This document shows positions 9,147 to 18,736 of a stretch of 64,000 bases of DNA, one piece after another; within the stretch, counting starts at the first letter, position 1; every line of letters starts with the position of its first letter. The DNA comes from an uncultured delta proteobacterium (lineage in GTDB: Bacteria; Myxococcota_A; Polyangia; Polyangiales; Polyangiaceae): contig CAWJCS010000004.1 of assembly GCA_963841435.1 (NCBI GenBank), positions 544,001 through 608,000 of the forward strand, read 5' to 3'. The notes beneath the pieces were generated by a model. That model was not told the DNA's origin, searched no databases, and saw only the letters and a program-made list of their open reading frames with translations. The position numbers and the translations under genes are program-made.

Positions 9147-11879
9147 TTGATGATGGGGCGAAAACCCGGGTGGTTGTTGTTTGGGGCGATCGCGTGTCTC
9201 ACCACGCTTGGTTGCGGGAACGTAAACGACGATGTGGGGGGGGGTGAGACAACATCCCACACGCGTGAAGCGCTAACTCAGAACTTCACTCTGCCGGTCC
9301 CGGTCGGCTTCACCCCGCAGGACATCGTTGTCGGTGCGATCGGTGTCGTGAACCTCAACGACAACGCCAAAATTCTCACGCACGCTCCGGGGCAGCTTTC
9401 CCAATACGGCAACGTGGCGGCGTTCGGCTCGCCAAGCACCACGAGCAACATAGGCGCCCTGAGGGCGGGCGTGGTCTGGTCACGTCCCAGCTTGCTTCTG
9501 CGCCAGCATAATCAAGGCGGCGCGAACATCGAATTTTACAAGACCGAGGGCACCGCGACCGAACAGTTAGGATTTGTCATCGCTCGGCCGGAGGAGAACA
9601 GAACTCAGGTCCAAATCCGACGAGATCCGATTTGGACCGTTCCGATGTCCGCGCCTGACGGAGGAATGGACCATAACGTGAACAGCGGCGAAACCGTTTC
9701 GCTCGGGTCCGGCAACTACGGTCGCTGGACGGTCAACTCCGGCGGAACGCTGATCCTCACGGGCTCGACCTATGGCTTTGTGGAGCTCAACCTCAACTCC
9801 GGCGGGACCGTGCAGCTTACTTCTTCGATACCACCGTGGATCTTCGTGCGGGATTCGCTGATCGTGCGCGCCACATTGAACAAGCCGGGCATGGTTGTTG
9901 GCTATCTCGGCACGAGCACGGTACCGGTCGAGTACCCCTTCTACGGCGACTTGCTTCTTGCTCCGAACGCGGACATCGAAGTCAAGTCCGGTAGCCAAGC
10001 GCACTTCTTCGGCAAAGACGTGACGGTCTTCGAAGCGGTTGTCGTCGATGGACCTCCCTTGTCGGAACGAACGCAGGGACTCGTGCGACCCCTCAGCAGC
10101 ATCGGGCTCCCCGCCGGTCTGATCGACGATGCCGTGGCGGCGGAGATCTCGTCGGCGGTACTCACGTCCCAGCTCGGCTGCGGAACAGCACACGCGTTCG
10201 TCAGCCACTACGGCAACGCCTTGATGGACAAGCTCGTTTCCGACATCGGCACCACCAATCCAGCCTCCTTCGCGACATTTCCCACGCCGGCTGCGCCGGG
10301 CTCCTGCACGTCGCTCGGCTGGTTGCCCGGTGAAACGCCGGCGTGGCCCGCGCTGGCGGGCGGTACGCCTTCGTACGACGACACGCTGACCGTGGCTGAT
10401 AACGCACTGGTGCGCATGAGCGGGGGCCGCCTGGCGCAGGCCGGGCTTGCCGGTCGAACCTGCGTCGATCCGAGCAATAACATCGCGCAAGGGCCAAACT
10501 GCCCGGGGTCGCAGCCCACGGCGGGCGATCCCTGCAATCCCAGCGGGCTCGACAACAAGGCCTGCATCTACGGCACGACCCAGTGCCAGTGCTTGCCGAC
10601 GGCGTGCAAAGGGCTCGAGGGGGCGAGCTGCTTCCAGCCGTTCGAGGCAAAGGACTGCTGCAGCGAGTCCTGTTCCGTTCAGTCGGGGAGCAACGTGGGG
10701 ACGTGTACGGCGCCGGATCCCATGCAGGTTCTGAACCCGACGTGGAGCTGCGGGCCGCTCGAGCGCGTGGAAACTGCCACGATGAGCGTTCGGATCGGGA
10801 CCAGCTGCGGCAGCCAGTGGACGAGCAAGAGCTTCGACCCGGTCGTGCTCGGCATGACGTTGAGCGACGGCATCCCGGTCCGCGACTTCGATCGGCAAGA
10901 GATGTACTGGGACAACTTCGACGATCGGCTCTACCTCAACGTCAACTCGTACGCCGGCTTTGGCGGTGGAGGTAGCCTCGTCAGCCAGAACTTCATCTAT
11001 TCGGCGTCAGCGGCGGGCATCAACAACGCCGTGAACCTCGCCTTTCAGCCCGTGTTGCCACAGAAGGTTGCCGGTGACGACGACGCCTCGGGCCCGCGCG
11101 TGATGACCACGGTCCTCGACGAAAAGGCGCGGCTCACCTCCAATCCCGTCACGTTCGGGCGCTACGTGCACCTCGTCACCGCGCGCTGCTTCGGCACGCG
11201 CCCGCAGGTGCAGATCTACACGCCGTTCGGGAGGAGGACGTGGGATCTGAATGAAGGGGATCCGGATGTAGCGGCACAATGCCGTAGCGCTGTCGTCCCG
11301 TACCCGCTTCTCACGCGGGGTCCAGGCATCGCCGCCGTGTCTTCCGTCCCGCCGCGCGTGCGCATCGCGTACACCGGCGTGGATGCGGAGGGCTCGATGG
11401 TCATCAACGTATACTCGGCGACGATCCTGAGCGGGAACGATTACGCCGACCGCCCGTTGATCGTACGCGAACACACGGTGCACGCGCCGTCGTCCGGTCG
11501 AGACACCGTCTGGCCGAACCTCATTGGCGTGGACGGCCTGGCCGGTTCCGATCGCCAGCTCGACTCCCCGATGGTGCTCCGCTGGCTAGAATTTGGCCCG
11601 AACGATATGGTCAGCGAGAAGTTCCAGGTGCTCTATTCGGGCCTTGCCGGTCCCGAGGCAACGCTCCAGAGCTGGACGCTCAGCGACCTGCCCGCGATGG
11701 GAAGCGACTACCGTTACGGGTCGTTCTTCGAGAAGTCGGGAGGCGAGCTCCGCTTCTTCACGCCTTGGACGGGCGTGAGCCGAACTTCCATGGGGCAATT
11801 GATCTGTCGCGACGGGAACAACACACCGATTCCCTGTGCGAGTGGAGGCTTCGTCGATGTCACGCCTAAGCTCTTATGA
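9147..11879 (+). CDS. Large secreted lipoprotein (beta-helix-like N-terminus, Cys-rich middle, propeller-like C-terminus)
   Basis: 910-aa ORF with LTTLGC lipobox and Cys clusters. Confidence 0.75.
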   Translation: MMMGRKPGWLLFGAIACLTTLGCGNVNDDVGGGETTSHTREALTQNFTLPVPVGFTPQDIVVGAIGVVNLNDNAKILTHAPGQLSQYGNVAAFGSPSTTSNIGALRAGVVWSRPSLLLRQHNQGGANIEFYKTEGTATEQLGFVIARPEENRTQVQIRRDPIWTVPMSAPDGGMDHNVNSGETVSLGSGNYGRWTVNSGGTLILTGSTYGFVELNLNSGGTVQLTSSIPPWIFVRDSLIVRATLNKPGMVVGYLGTSTVPVEYPFYGDLLLAPNADIEVKSGSQAHFFGKDVTVFEAVVVDGPPLSERTQGLVRPLSSIGLPAGLIDDAVAAEISSAVLTSQLGCGTAHAFVSHYGNALMDKLVSDIGTTNPASFATFPTPAAPGSCTSLGWLPGETPAWPALAGGTPSYDDTLTVADNALVRMSGGRLAQAGLAGRTCVDPSNNIAQGPNCPGSQPTAGDPCNPSGLDNKACIYGTTQCQCLPTACKGLEGASCFQPFEAKDCCSESCSVQSGSNVGTCTAPDPMQVLNPTWSCGPLERVETATMSVRIGTSCGSQWTSKSFDPVVLGMTLSDGIPVRDFDRQEMYWDNFDDRLYLNVNSYAGFGGGGSLVSQNFIYSASAAGINNAVNLAFQPVLPQKVAGDDDASGPRVMTTVLDEKARLTSNPVTFGRYVHLVTARCFGTRPQVQIYTPFGRRTWDLNEGDPDVAAQCRSAVVPYPLLTRGPGIAAVSSVPPRVRIAYTGVDAEGSMVINVYSATILSGNDYADRPLIVREHTVHAPSSGRDTVWPNLIGVDGLAGSDRQLDSPMVLRWLEFGPNDMVSEKFQVLYSGLAGPEATLQSWTLSDLPAMGSDYRYGSFFEKSGGELRFFTPWTGVSRTSMGQLICRDGNNTPIPCASGGFVDVTPKLL

Positions 11880-12561
11880 TCTCTGGATCCTCACGGCGCT
11901 CGTCGCGGTCGGCGCTTGCGGGCGCTCGACGCGCGAGCCACCGAGCGACGGAGGGCGGTCGGGAGTTGGCGGTGGCGGAACGAGCGGGGGTACGATCGGT
12001 GGAGTTGGTGCAGTAGGCGCTGCCGGCGTTTCTGCAGGAGGCTCTCAGGGAGGCACGGGGACAGGCGGTACGGGGACAGGCGGCGCGGCCGCGCGCGGAG
12101 GAGCGAGCGCCGGCACATCGGCGAGCGGAGGCGTGAGCCCGACTGGCGGCTCAGGAGCGGTGAGCGCCGGTGGTCAGGGCGAGGACAGTGGCGAAGGGGG
12201 CGCGCCGGCGGGCTCCGCGGGCCGCGGCGGCGACTCGGGCCGTGGCGGACAGAGCGCGGGGCGCGGGGGAACGGCTGGCACGAGCGGGGGGACCGGAGGC
12301 GACGCCTCGGGAGCGGCGGGAGCCACGAGCTGGCGAGACTTGCGGTGCGTGATAGCCGAGTCACAAGGATCCTGCCTCAAACAGGCGCCCAATACCGTGG
12401 TCGTCAACTGCAACGGAGCTGATGTCGTGGAGGCGATGGAAGCCGGCTGCAGTGGCTGCACCTATGGGCAGGCCTACTGCGAATATGGTGGCGGTCCCAT
12501 CCCACCCGACTGCGGAGGCCTGGGCCAAGCGTGCTGTCGGAGCTGCTGCTGTCCGCCGTGA
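11857..12561 (+). CDS. Gly-rich lipoprotein with Cys-rich C-terminus
   Basis: MSRLSSYDL...VGAC lipobox; overlaps the upstream stop; ends CCRSCCCPP. Confidence 0.7.
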   Translation: MSRLSSYDLWILTALVAVGACGRSTREPPSDGGRSGVGGGGTSGGTIGGVGAVGAAGVSAGGSQGGTGTGGTGTGGAAARGGASAGTSASGGVSPTGGSGAVSAGGQGEDSGEGGAPAGSAGRGGDSGRGGQSAGRGGTAGTSGGTGGDASGAAGATSWRDLRCVIAESQGSCLKQAPNTVVVNCNGADVVEAMEAGCSGCTYGQAYCEYGGGPIPPDCGGLGQACCRSCCCPP

Positions 12562-13367
12562 GCGAGCGGGCATCGCGCGCTTTTTTCGCCCGCGTGAGCA
12601 CGACAAGTGGCGCGCTCCGCACCCGCTCCCGCGCCTTGCACCTCGGCCTGGCAGAGGCAGGGACGCAGCGACCCGTCTCGCTCGGACGGGCAGAGTGAGT
12701 CAGATGACAGGAGCATTGCACCCTGCCAGGTGCTGAGTGGAGGCTTCGTCGATGTCACGCCTAAGCTCTTATGATCTCTGGATCCTCACAGCGCTCGTCG
12801 CGGTCGGCGCTTGCGGGCGCTCGACGCGCGAGCCACCGAGCGACGGAGGGCGGTCGGGAGTTGGCGGTGGCGGAACGAGCGGGGGTACGATCGGTGGAGT
12901 TGGTGCAGTAGGCGCTGCCGGCGTTTCTGCAGGAGGCTCGCAGGGAGGCACGGGGACAGGCGGTACGGCGACAGGCGGCGCGGCCGCGCGCGGAGGAGCG
13001 AGCGCCGGCACATCGGCGAGCGGAGGCGTGAGCCCGACTGGCGGCTCAGGAGCGGTGAGCGCCGGTGGTCAGGGCGAGGACAGTGGCGAAGGGGGCGCGC
13101 CGGCGGGCTCCCCGGGCCGCGGCGGCGACTCGGGCCGTGGCGGACAGAGCGCGGGGCGCGGGGGAACGGCTGGCACGAGCGGGGGGACCGGAGGCGACGC
13201 CGCTGGAGCGGCGGGAGCCACGAGCTGGCGGGACTTGCGGTGCGTTGCGGCCGAACTGCAGAGATCATGCCTTAAGCAGGAACCCAATACCGTGGTCGTC
13301 AACTGCAACGTAACCGCTGCACGGACCCCATCTGTCGAGCACGCGCTGGTGCTGGCAGAAGTCGTGC

Positions 13368-13664
13368 ATGCGGAAGCGGTACACGGCTGAGCAGCGGGAG
13401 CGGTTGGTCGCTGAGGTAGCGGCGGGCGAGGCGGTGCCGGTGGTGGCGGCGCGGATGGGTGTGGGGGCCTCGGCGGCATACCTGTGGGTCAAGGAGGCAC
13501 GAGAGGGGAGCAAGCCGACGTTCGCGAAGCTGGTGCGGGCGTTAACGCCGGCGGCGTCATCGTCGATGGTGCTCGAAGTGGGACGAGCTCGAGTGCGCGT
13601 CGAAGCTGGCTTCGACGCCGAGCTGCTCAGGCGGGTCGTGTCGGCGCTGAGCGACGCATCGTGA
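13368..13664 (+). CDS. tnpA: IS66 TnpA (HTH)
   Basis: RKRYTAEQRERLV...YLW...VEAGFDAELLRRVV. Confidence 0.85.
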   Translation: MRKRYTAEQRERLVAEVAAGEAVPVVAARMGVGASAAYLWVKEAREGSKPTFAKLVRALTPAASSSMVLEVGRARVRVEAGFDAELLRRVVSALSDAS

Positions 13665-14002
13665 TCGGGCAGGGGCTTCCGGTGTACGTGGCGCTCGAGC
13701 CGGTGGACATGCGGTTCGGATACGAGCGGCTCGGCGGGGTCGTGCGTGAGCGGATGCAGGCGGAGCCGAGGTCGAAGGCGCTGTTCGTTTTCGTCGGCAA
13801 ACGCGGGCACACGATGAAAGTGCTGACCTGGGACGGCTCGGGCACGATCGTGGTTCACAAGCGGCTCGACGCGGGGAAGTTCGAGCTGCCGAAGGCGACG
13901 CGAGTCGGCGATCAGCACGTGATCGTGAGCGACGCGATCTTCGAGGTGATCTACAAGGGCGTCGCAACGGCACCGAGGAAAGTTCGCCGGCGCGTGCACT
14001 GA
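13661..14002 (+). CDS. tnpB: IS66 accessory protein TnpB
   Basis: VYVALEPVDMRFG...LFVFVGKR...KVLTWDGSG...KRLDAGKF. Confidence 0.9.
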   Translation: MIGQGLPVYVALEPVDMRFGYERLGGVVRERMQAEPRSKALFVFVGKRGHTMKVLTWDGSGTIVVHKRLDAGKFELPKATRVGDQHVIVSDAIFEVIYKGVATAPRKVRRRVH

Positions 14003-14070
14003 GTCGGAGCTCGCAATTTTCTTACGCGCCCGCTTGAGAAATTCGATCGCGCTCATGTATAGAGGAGAGC

Positions 14071-15750
14071 GTGTCGAGCACGCGATCGGACGAAGCGAAA
14101 CCGCAGCTATCGCCGGACGAGCTCACCATGCTGCTCTCGACGCTCCAGGCCGAGGTCGTGGGGCTCAAGACGCGTTTCTCCGAGGCCGTGACGCGCAACG
14201 AGGCGCTCGAGGAAACGATCGTCAACCTGACGCACGAAAACGAGCTACTCAAGCGCCGCATCTACGGCAACAAAACGGAGCGGACCGGGACGAGCGAGCT
14301 TCAGCTGACGCTCGGCAACCTGCTCGACTCGGAAAAACAGCTTCAGAAGGAGCTCGACGCCGCCGTGGCCAAGGCGCGTGGCGATGACGACGTTCCTGCC
14401 GCCCCGCCCGCGGGCGCCTCGCGACCGAAGCCCAAGGGCCGGCGAGATTTGTTGGCGAGCGACCTGCCGCGCGTCCTGTTCGAGATCCGCGACGAGGAGC
14501 TCGAGAAGACGGGCAAGCTCATCGGCTGGGACTACGCGCCGCAGCTGATGTACCGCCGAGGCGGCTGGTCGGTCCTGGTCAAGCGCACGGCCAAGTACGA
14601 GATCCCCGGCAAGGACGGCCCGACGGTGCTCGGCGTCGAGACGCCGAAGACGTTGTTCCGGCGCGGTCTCCTGCATTCGTCGGTCGTGGCACACGTCTTG
14701 GCGCAGAAGTTCTCGCTCGGCGTGCCGCACTACCGACTCGAGCAGCACCTCGCCGGCCAGGGTGTCGACCTCGACCGCGGTCTCATGTGCCGCTACGTGG
14801 AAGAAGCGGGTAGCACGTGCGGAGCCACCATCGTCCACGCCATGTGGCAGGACGCGCTCGAGAGCGGCTCGGTGATCTCGACCGATGCAACGTCGGCGCT
14901 GATCCAGCCTGAAAAGAGCCAAAATGGCCAGCGGCAGGCCTGCAAGAAGGGCCACTTCTTCACCGCCGTCGTGGACACCGACCACGTGCTGTTCGCGTAC
15001 GCCGAGAAGCACACGCAAGACTTCGTGAAGAAGCTCTTCGGCGGCTTCACGGGATTTCTCCAGTCCGACGCCAGCAACGTCTACGACATCCTGGACCGGG
15101 GACCCCCCAGCGAAGATGACGAGACCGTCACCCTCGTCGGATGTTGGGCTCACTGCAGGCGCTATTTCTTCGAGGCCGCGATCTGCAAACACCAGATCGG
15201 CATCCAAGGCCTCTTGCGCATTCGCGCCATCTACGCTGCTGACGACGCGTTCCGGAAGCTGCCGCCCGCCAAACGCAAGGCGCTGCGCGATACGCACCTG
15301 CGCCCCCTCATGCTGAGCTTCTTCGAGTGGGTGAAGGCCACGCGCCTCACCACGCCCGGCCGCAGTCTCGCAACCAAAGCGCTCGGCTACGCGTTCAACC
15401 AGGAGAACGAGCTCTTGCGCGTGCTCGACGACGGCCGTCTGCCCCTCGACAACACGCGCTCCGAACGCTCGCTGCGAAAAATCGTCGTGGGTCGCAAAAA
15501 TTGGATGTTCTACGGCAGCGACACCCACGCCGAGAGCGCCGCCGCCATCTTCAGCCTGATCGCCTCCTGCCGGCTTCACCGGCTCGACGCCGAGCAGTAC
15601 CTCGACGAGATCCTCCGCGTCCTGCCCTACTGGCCCCCGACTCGCTACCTCGAGCTCGCTCCGAAGTTCTGGCCCGCCACCCGTGCCAAGCTTCGCGCCG
15701 AGGAACTCGACGCACCGCTGTGCCCGTTCACCATCCCGCCGGCGGCCTGA
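14071..15750 (+). CDS. tnpC: IS66 DDE transposase TnpC
   Basis: GCWAHCRRYF, LDNTRSERSLRKIVVGRKNWMF, SLIASC motifs. Confidence 0.93.
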   Translation: MSSTRSDEAKPQLSPDELTMLLSTLQAEVVGLKTRFSEAVTRNEALEETIVNLTHENELLKRRIYGNKTERTGTSELQLTLGNLLDSEKQLQKELDAAVAKARGDDDVPAAPPAGASRPKPKGRRDLLASDLPRVLFEIRDEELEKTGKLIGWDYAPQLMYRRGGWSVLVKRTAKYEIPGKDGPTVLGVETPKTLFRRGLLHSSVVAHVLAQKFSLGVPHYRLEQHLAGQGVDLDRGLMCRYVEEAGSTCGATIVHAMWQDALESGSVISTDATSALIQPEKSQNGQRQACKKGHFFTAVVDTDHVLFAYAEKHTQDFVKKLFGGFTGFLQSDASNVYDILDRGPPSEDDETVTLVGCWAHCRRYFFEAAICKHQIGIQGLLRIRAIYAADDAFRKLPPAKRKALRDTHLRPLMLSFFEWVKATRLTTPGRSLATKALGYAFNQENELLRVLDDGRLPLDNTRSERSLRKIVVGRKNWMFYGSDTHAESAAAIFSLIASCRLHRLDAEQYLDEILRVLPYWPPTRYLELAPKFWPATRAKLRAEELDAPLCPFTIPPAA

Positions 15751-15928
15751 GCTCGGCGCGAGCGCGGCATCGCGACCCCCGGCCGAGCTGCCCTTTCAAG
15801 ATGGGGTCGGTGTAGCGGTTACACTGCAACGGAGCTGACGTGGTGGAGGCGATGGAAGCCGGCTGCACTGCCTGCACCTACGGGCAGGCGTACTGCGATT
15901 ATGGCGGCGGCCCCGTCCCACCCGATTG

Positions 15929-16413
15929 AGGCAGGTGGGTCGGGTCTAGAATGGATGCCATTTGGATTCGCTGGCGGTTTGTTCGATGCGCGGTCGGGAA
16001 CGATAAGGTTTGGGGCGCGCGACTATGATCCCGTGATCGGTCGATGGACCGCGAAGGATCCCTTGTTCTTTGCTTCGCGGACGACCAACCACTACGCCTA
16101 CGTGGGGAACGACCCAGTCAATGATCGCGATCCAACGGGTCTGCAGTTTCTGACCGGGTGCTCGCCGGTGAAGCCGGAGCAGGAGCTGAAAGAGAAGAAG
16201 GATGAGGAGGTCGATGAATGTAGCAAGATCCCGCGAGGCGGAAAAGGGAAACTGCTCGGCCCGAACGAGTCCTCTGACTCCGAACCGGACTACGCGGCGC
16301 AAGCCGCCAAGTGCCGGAAGAAGGAGCGGGAGTACAGCAAGGAGCAGAAGGACTACACTGAAGAAGAGTCGAACATTTTTCACAGGATCTTCTGTTGGTT
16401 TTTCGGCTGCTAG
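15929..16413 (+). pseudogene. Orphan RHS core end plus C-terminal (toxin-position) domain
   Basis: PFGFAGGLFD...RFGARDYDPVIGRWTAKDP...YAYVGNDPVNDRDPTGL, then about 90 variable aa; no RHS body upstream. Confidence 0.85.
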
Positions 16414-17579
16414 GTCGCAGTGTGCCCGCTTGGGCGGTTCTCGCTCTCATCTCGGCAATGGGTCTCGCGGGGAGTGCGGTCGCCATGGCCATGATGCGGA
16501 TGTCGGAAAACCGACTGGGTGAGGCGCAGTCTCAGTCATTGAGACGGGCGCGGGCGGCGTACCGCGGCCACGCTTGGCGCCGTCCTGCTTGGCGACTTCC
16601 GGAGGCTTCCTGTAACGCACTAGAGAATGCAGCAAGCGCGCTGGCCCGAGACCGGTCCACGTGGAGCAATTGGTCAGAGACGTCCACGCAGGCGAAGGCG
16701 GACGCGTCCGATGCGTTCTACGAGTCGCTGCGTTGTTCATGGACTTTTGTTGGCGCACCGTTCCCCTCCGAGGCGACCGGCCGCCCGCTTGACTACGCAC
16801 TGCATGCGACCGCCGTTGAGCGGCTCCTAGCGGATGCGGCAAAGTCCGACGCCCCGCGGTGCCTGAGGACAGTGCTGCTAGTCATCGAGCTAGCGTTCGA
16901 TCTCATACCTGGGGGACGCGAACAGCAGGTCGGCTTTGCGAACACGGAGATCACAAAGGGTGCGCAGGTCGCCTTGGGGTGCGTACAAAGAGCACCCTTG
17001 GAAACGCTGGCCGAGCTGACCCATCCATTTCTGAGCGTCGCCTCGCAGCCCCCCCCGATTGCCTGGACGGTAGAGTACCACTTTCTACGCGATGCGGAGT
17101 ATGAGGAGACGCTGTTTCAGGGGCGGCCGCTCGTTCCTCGATTCTGGGACGGCGCGAGATACGAGCTGACTGATGGCGGGAGGATCCTGTCCCGCATGCG
17201 CAAGGCCCTCGACGCTGCACGTCGCGCCAGGGAATTGGGCGAGCTCGGACCAACTGCTGATGGCAAGCTGACAGCCTTGGTGTCGGACGTTCCGGCGTAT
17301 CTCGGGGCATCAGTCCGCAGAGCGCACACGGTCGGCGACAGTTTACGGTCATTCATTCGAGTCCGCGCGGTCGCATGCGGGATTTGGTGGCTGACCAAAG
17401 CAGATGGTTCTGCCATTCCCGCGGTTTGCTCGGCGCAGAACGCCGGGGGACCCCTGATCTTCTCGCCAACAGCAGAGAGCCTAAAAGTCTACGCATCCGG
17501 GCCGAACGGGCGCGACGATGGCGGCTCGGGAGACGACGAAGGGATCACGGTCACCATTCCGGGGTCGTACCGAAGGTGA
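16395..17579 (+). CDS. Hypothetical membrane-anchored protein downstream of the RHS tip (immunity position)
   Basis: 394-aa ORF with N-terminal TM segment and C-terminal YASGPNGRDDGGSGDD, a T2SS GspG-like C-terminal motif. Confidence 0.6.
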   Translation: MVFRLLGRSVPAWAVLALISAMGLAGSAVAMAMMRMSENRLGEAQSQSLRRARAAYRGHAWRRPAWRLPEASCNALENAASALARDRSTWSNWSETSTQAKADASDAFYESLRCSWTFVGAPFPSEATGRPLDYALHATAVERLLADAAKSDAPRCLRTVLLVIELAFDLIPGGREQQVGFANTEITKGAQVALGCVQRAPLETLAELTHPFLSVASQPPPIAWTVEYHFLRDAEYEETLFQGRPLVPRFWDGARYELTDGGRILSRMRKALDAARRARELGELGPTADGKLTALVSDVPAYLGASVRRAHTVGDSLRSFIRVRAVACGIWWLTKADGSAIPAVCSAQNAGGPLIFSPTAESLKVYASGPNGRDDGGSGDDEGITVTIPGSYRR

Positions 17580-17773
17580 TGGGTTAGCGTCCGAGATGGA
17601 TTTGCCGTCCGCCGCGTCTCACCCGAGCGTCGAACCGTCGCGCCATCGCCGAACCCCGACCCGAGGTCAGTCGGACCGATCACTCCATCCGCGAAAGTAC
17701 CAGCCAAATCCAAAGCCGACGGCGAGCACGACGACGGTCACGACGTCGATTGCGAGGCTCGGGATCACGGAAC

Positions 17774-18490
17774 CCTCCTGTTGCTCAGGAAAGACTCGAG
17801 CGGCTTGCCGACGGCCAGCTCGAGCTCCGACTCAAGCATGCGTGGAAGGACGGCACGCGCGCCGTCGTGCTCGAGCCCGACGACTTGCTGGTCCGGCTCG
17901 TCGCCGCGGTGCCCCCGCCACGCTGGCATTTACTTCGCTACTTCGGCGTCCTCTCGAGCCACTCACGGCTCCGCCGAGAAGTTGTTCCGCACCCGCCCGC
18001 TGATCCGAGTGCTACCGCGCCTCCGCCTGCTCCGGGCGATCAGCTCGAGCTCGACCTCGACGCTGACGCTGACGAGCCTGCTCCGAGAAAAAGATGGGCC
18101 TGGCTGCTCAGACATGTGTTCAAGGCAGATTTGGATATTTGTCCGCGCTGCGGTGGACCGATGCGCTGGCTCGAGGCGGCGGCTACCCGAGAGTCTGCTC
18201 GTGACCTGCTCGCTCGGCTCGGGCTCGGGCCCAGGCCGCCGCCGGCTCCACCCCGCACGCCGCTCGCGCAGCTCACGCTGCCGTTCGCGAGGTGAGCCGG
18301 CTTGCGCTGGTCGCTGCGCCAGGCGAGCGTCCGCGCGCGTTCTGGGTTCGGGGAGCTCTGGCACCTCAGAGCCTCCTTCCGCCTCGTCCACGACAGCACG
18401 TCCACCCCATAGGCGTGCGTTCTTACGGCCTCGCCGGCCTCGCCGTGGGCCCCGCCCGGGACCTTTTGCCAGATCGTTTCGCCTAGGCGC
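17774..18490 (+). mobile_element. ISCR/IS91-like element copy C, 5'-truncated (717 bp)
   Basis: Identical by eye to 7710..8426. Confidence 0.95.
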
Positions 18491-18639
18491 ACCTCACCGC
18501 CCTGGGCCCCGCCTCCTCTAACGACCGCTTCGCCCGCCCAACGGCCCCGCCGTTTTCCCAGTTCGATTTTCCTTCGCGCCCACCCGTGAAAACGCCACGC
18601 CGGCGCCGCCAACGCCGAGCGTCTGGACTGCTTATGCCC
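18491..18639 (+). mobile_element. Possible oriIS-end remnant of a different ISCR/IS91 element
   Basis: GCGTCTGGACTGCTTATGCCC (18619-18639) resembles the ISCR oriIS end GCGTTTGAACTTCCTATACCC as recalled. Confidence 0.45.
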
Positions 18640-18685
18640 AAACCTTGACAGCCGGCCCCCCGCGGGGTAGCCGCACCGGGTGAGC

Positions 18686-18720
18686 GGCGCCTCAGCAATG
18701 GGCGCCTCAGCAATGGGCGC
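18686..18720 (+). repeat. 15-bp tandem duplication GGCGCCTCAGCAATG x2.3
   Basis: Seen directly in the sequence. Confidence 0.8.
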
Positions 18721-18736
18721 GGGAAGGAGCAGCGCG

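Larger units (their letters stand above)
13310..15822 (+). mobile_element. Complete IS66-family element (2513 bp) with 8-bp target duplication
   Basis: IRL GTAACCGCTGCACGGACCCCATCT; IRR reverse complement GTAACCGCTACACCGACCCCATCT; ACTGCAAC at 13302-13309 and 15823-15830. Confidence 0.95.
12735..15928 (+). pseudogene. Second, slightly diverged copy of the 11840..12510 lipoprotein gene, interrupted by IS66 and truncated at about 15928
   Basis: 12735..13309 and 15823..15928 align with 11840..~12511. Confidence 0.85.
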
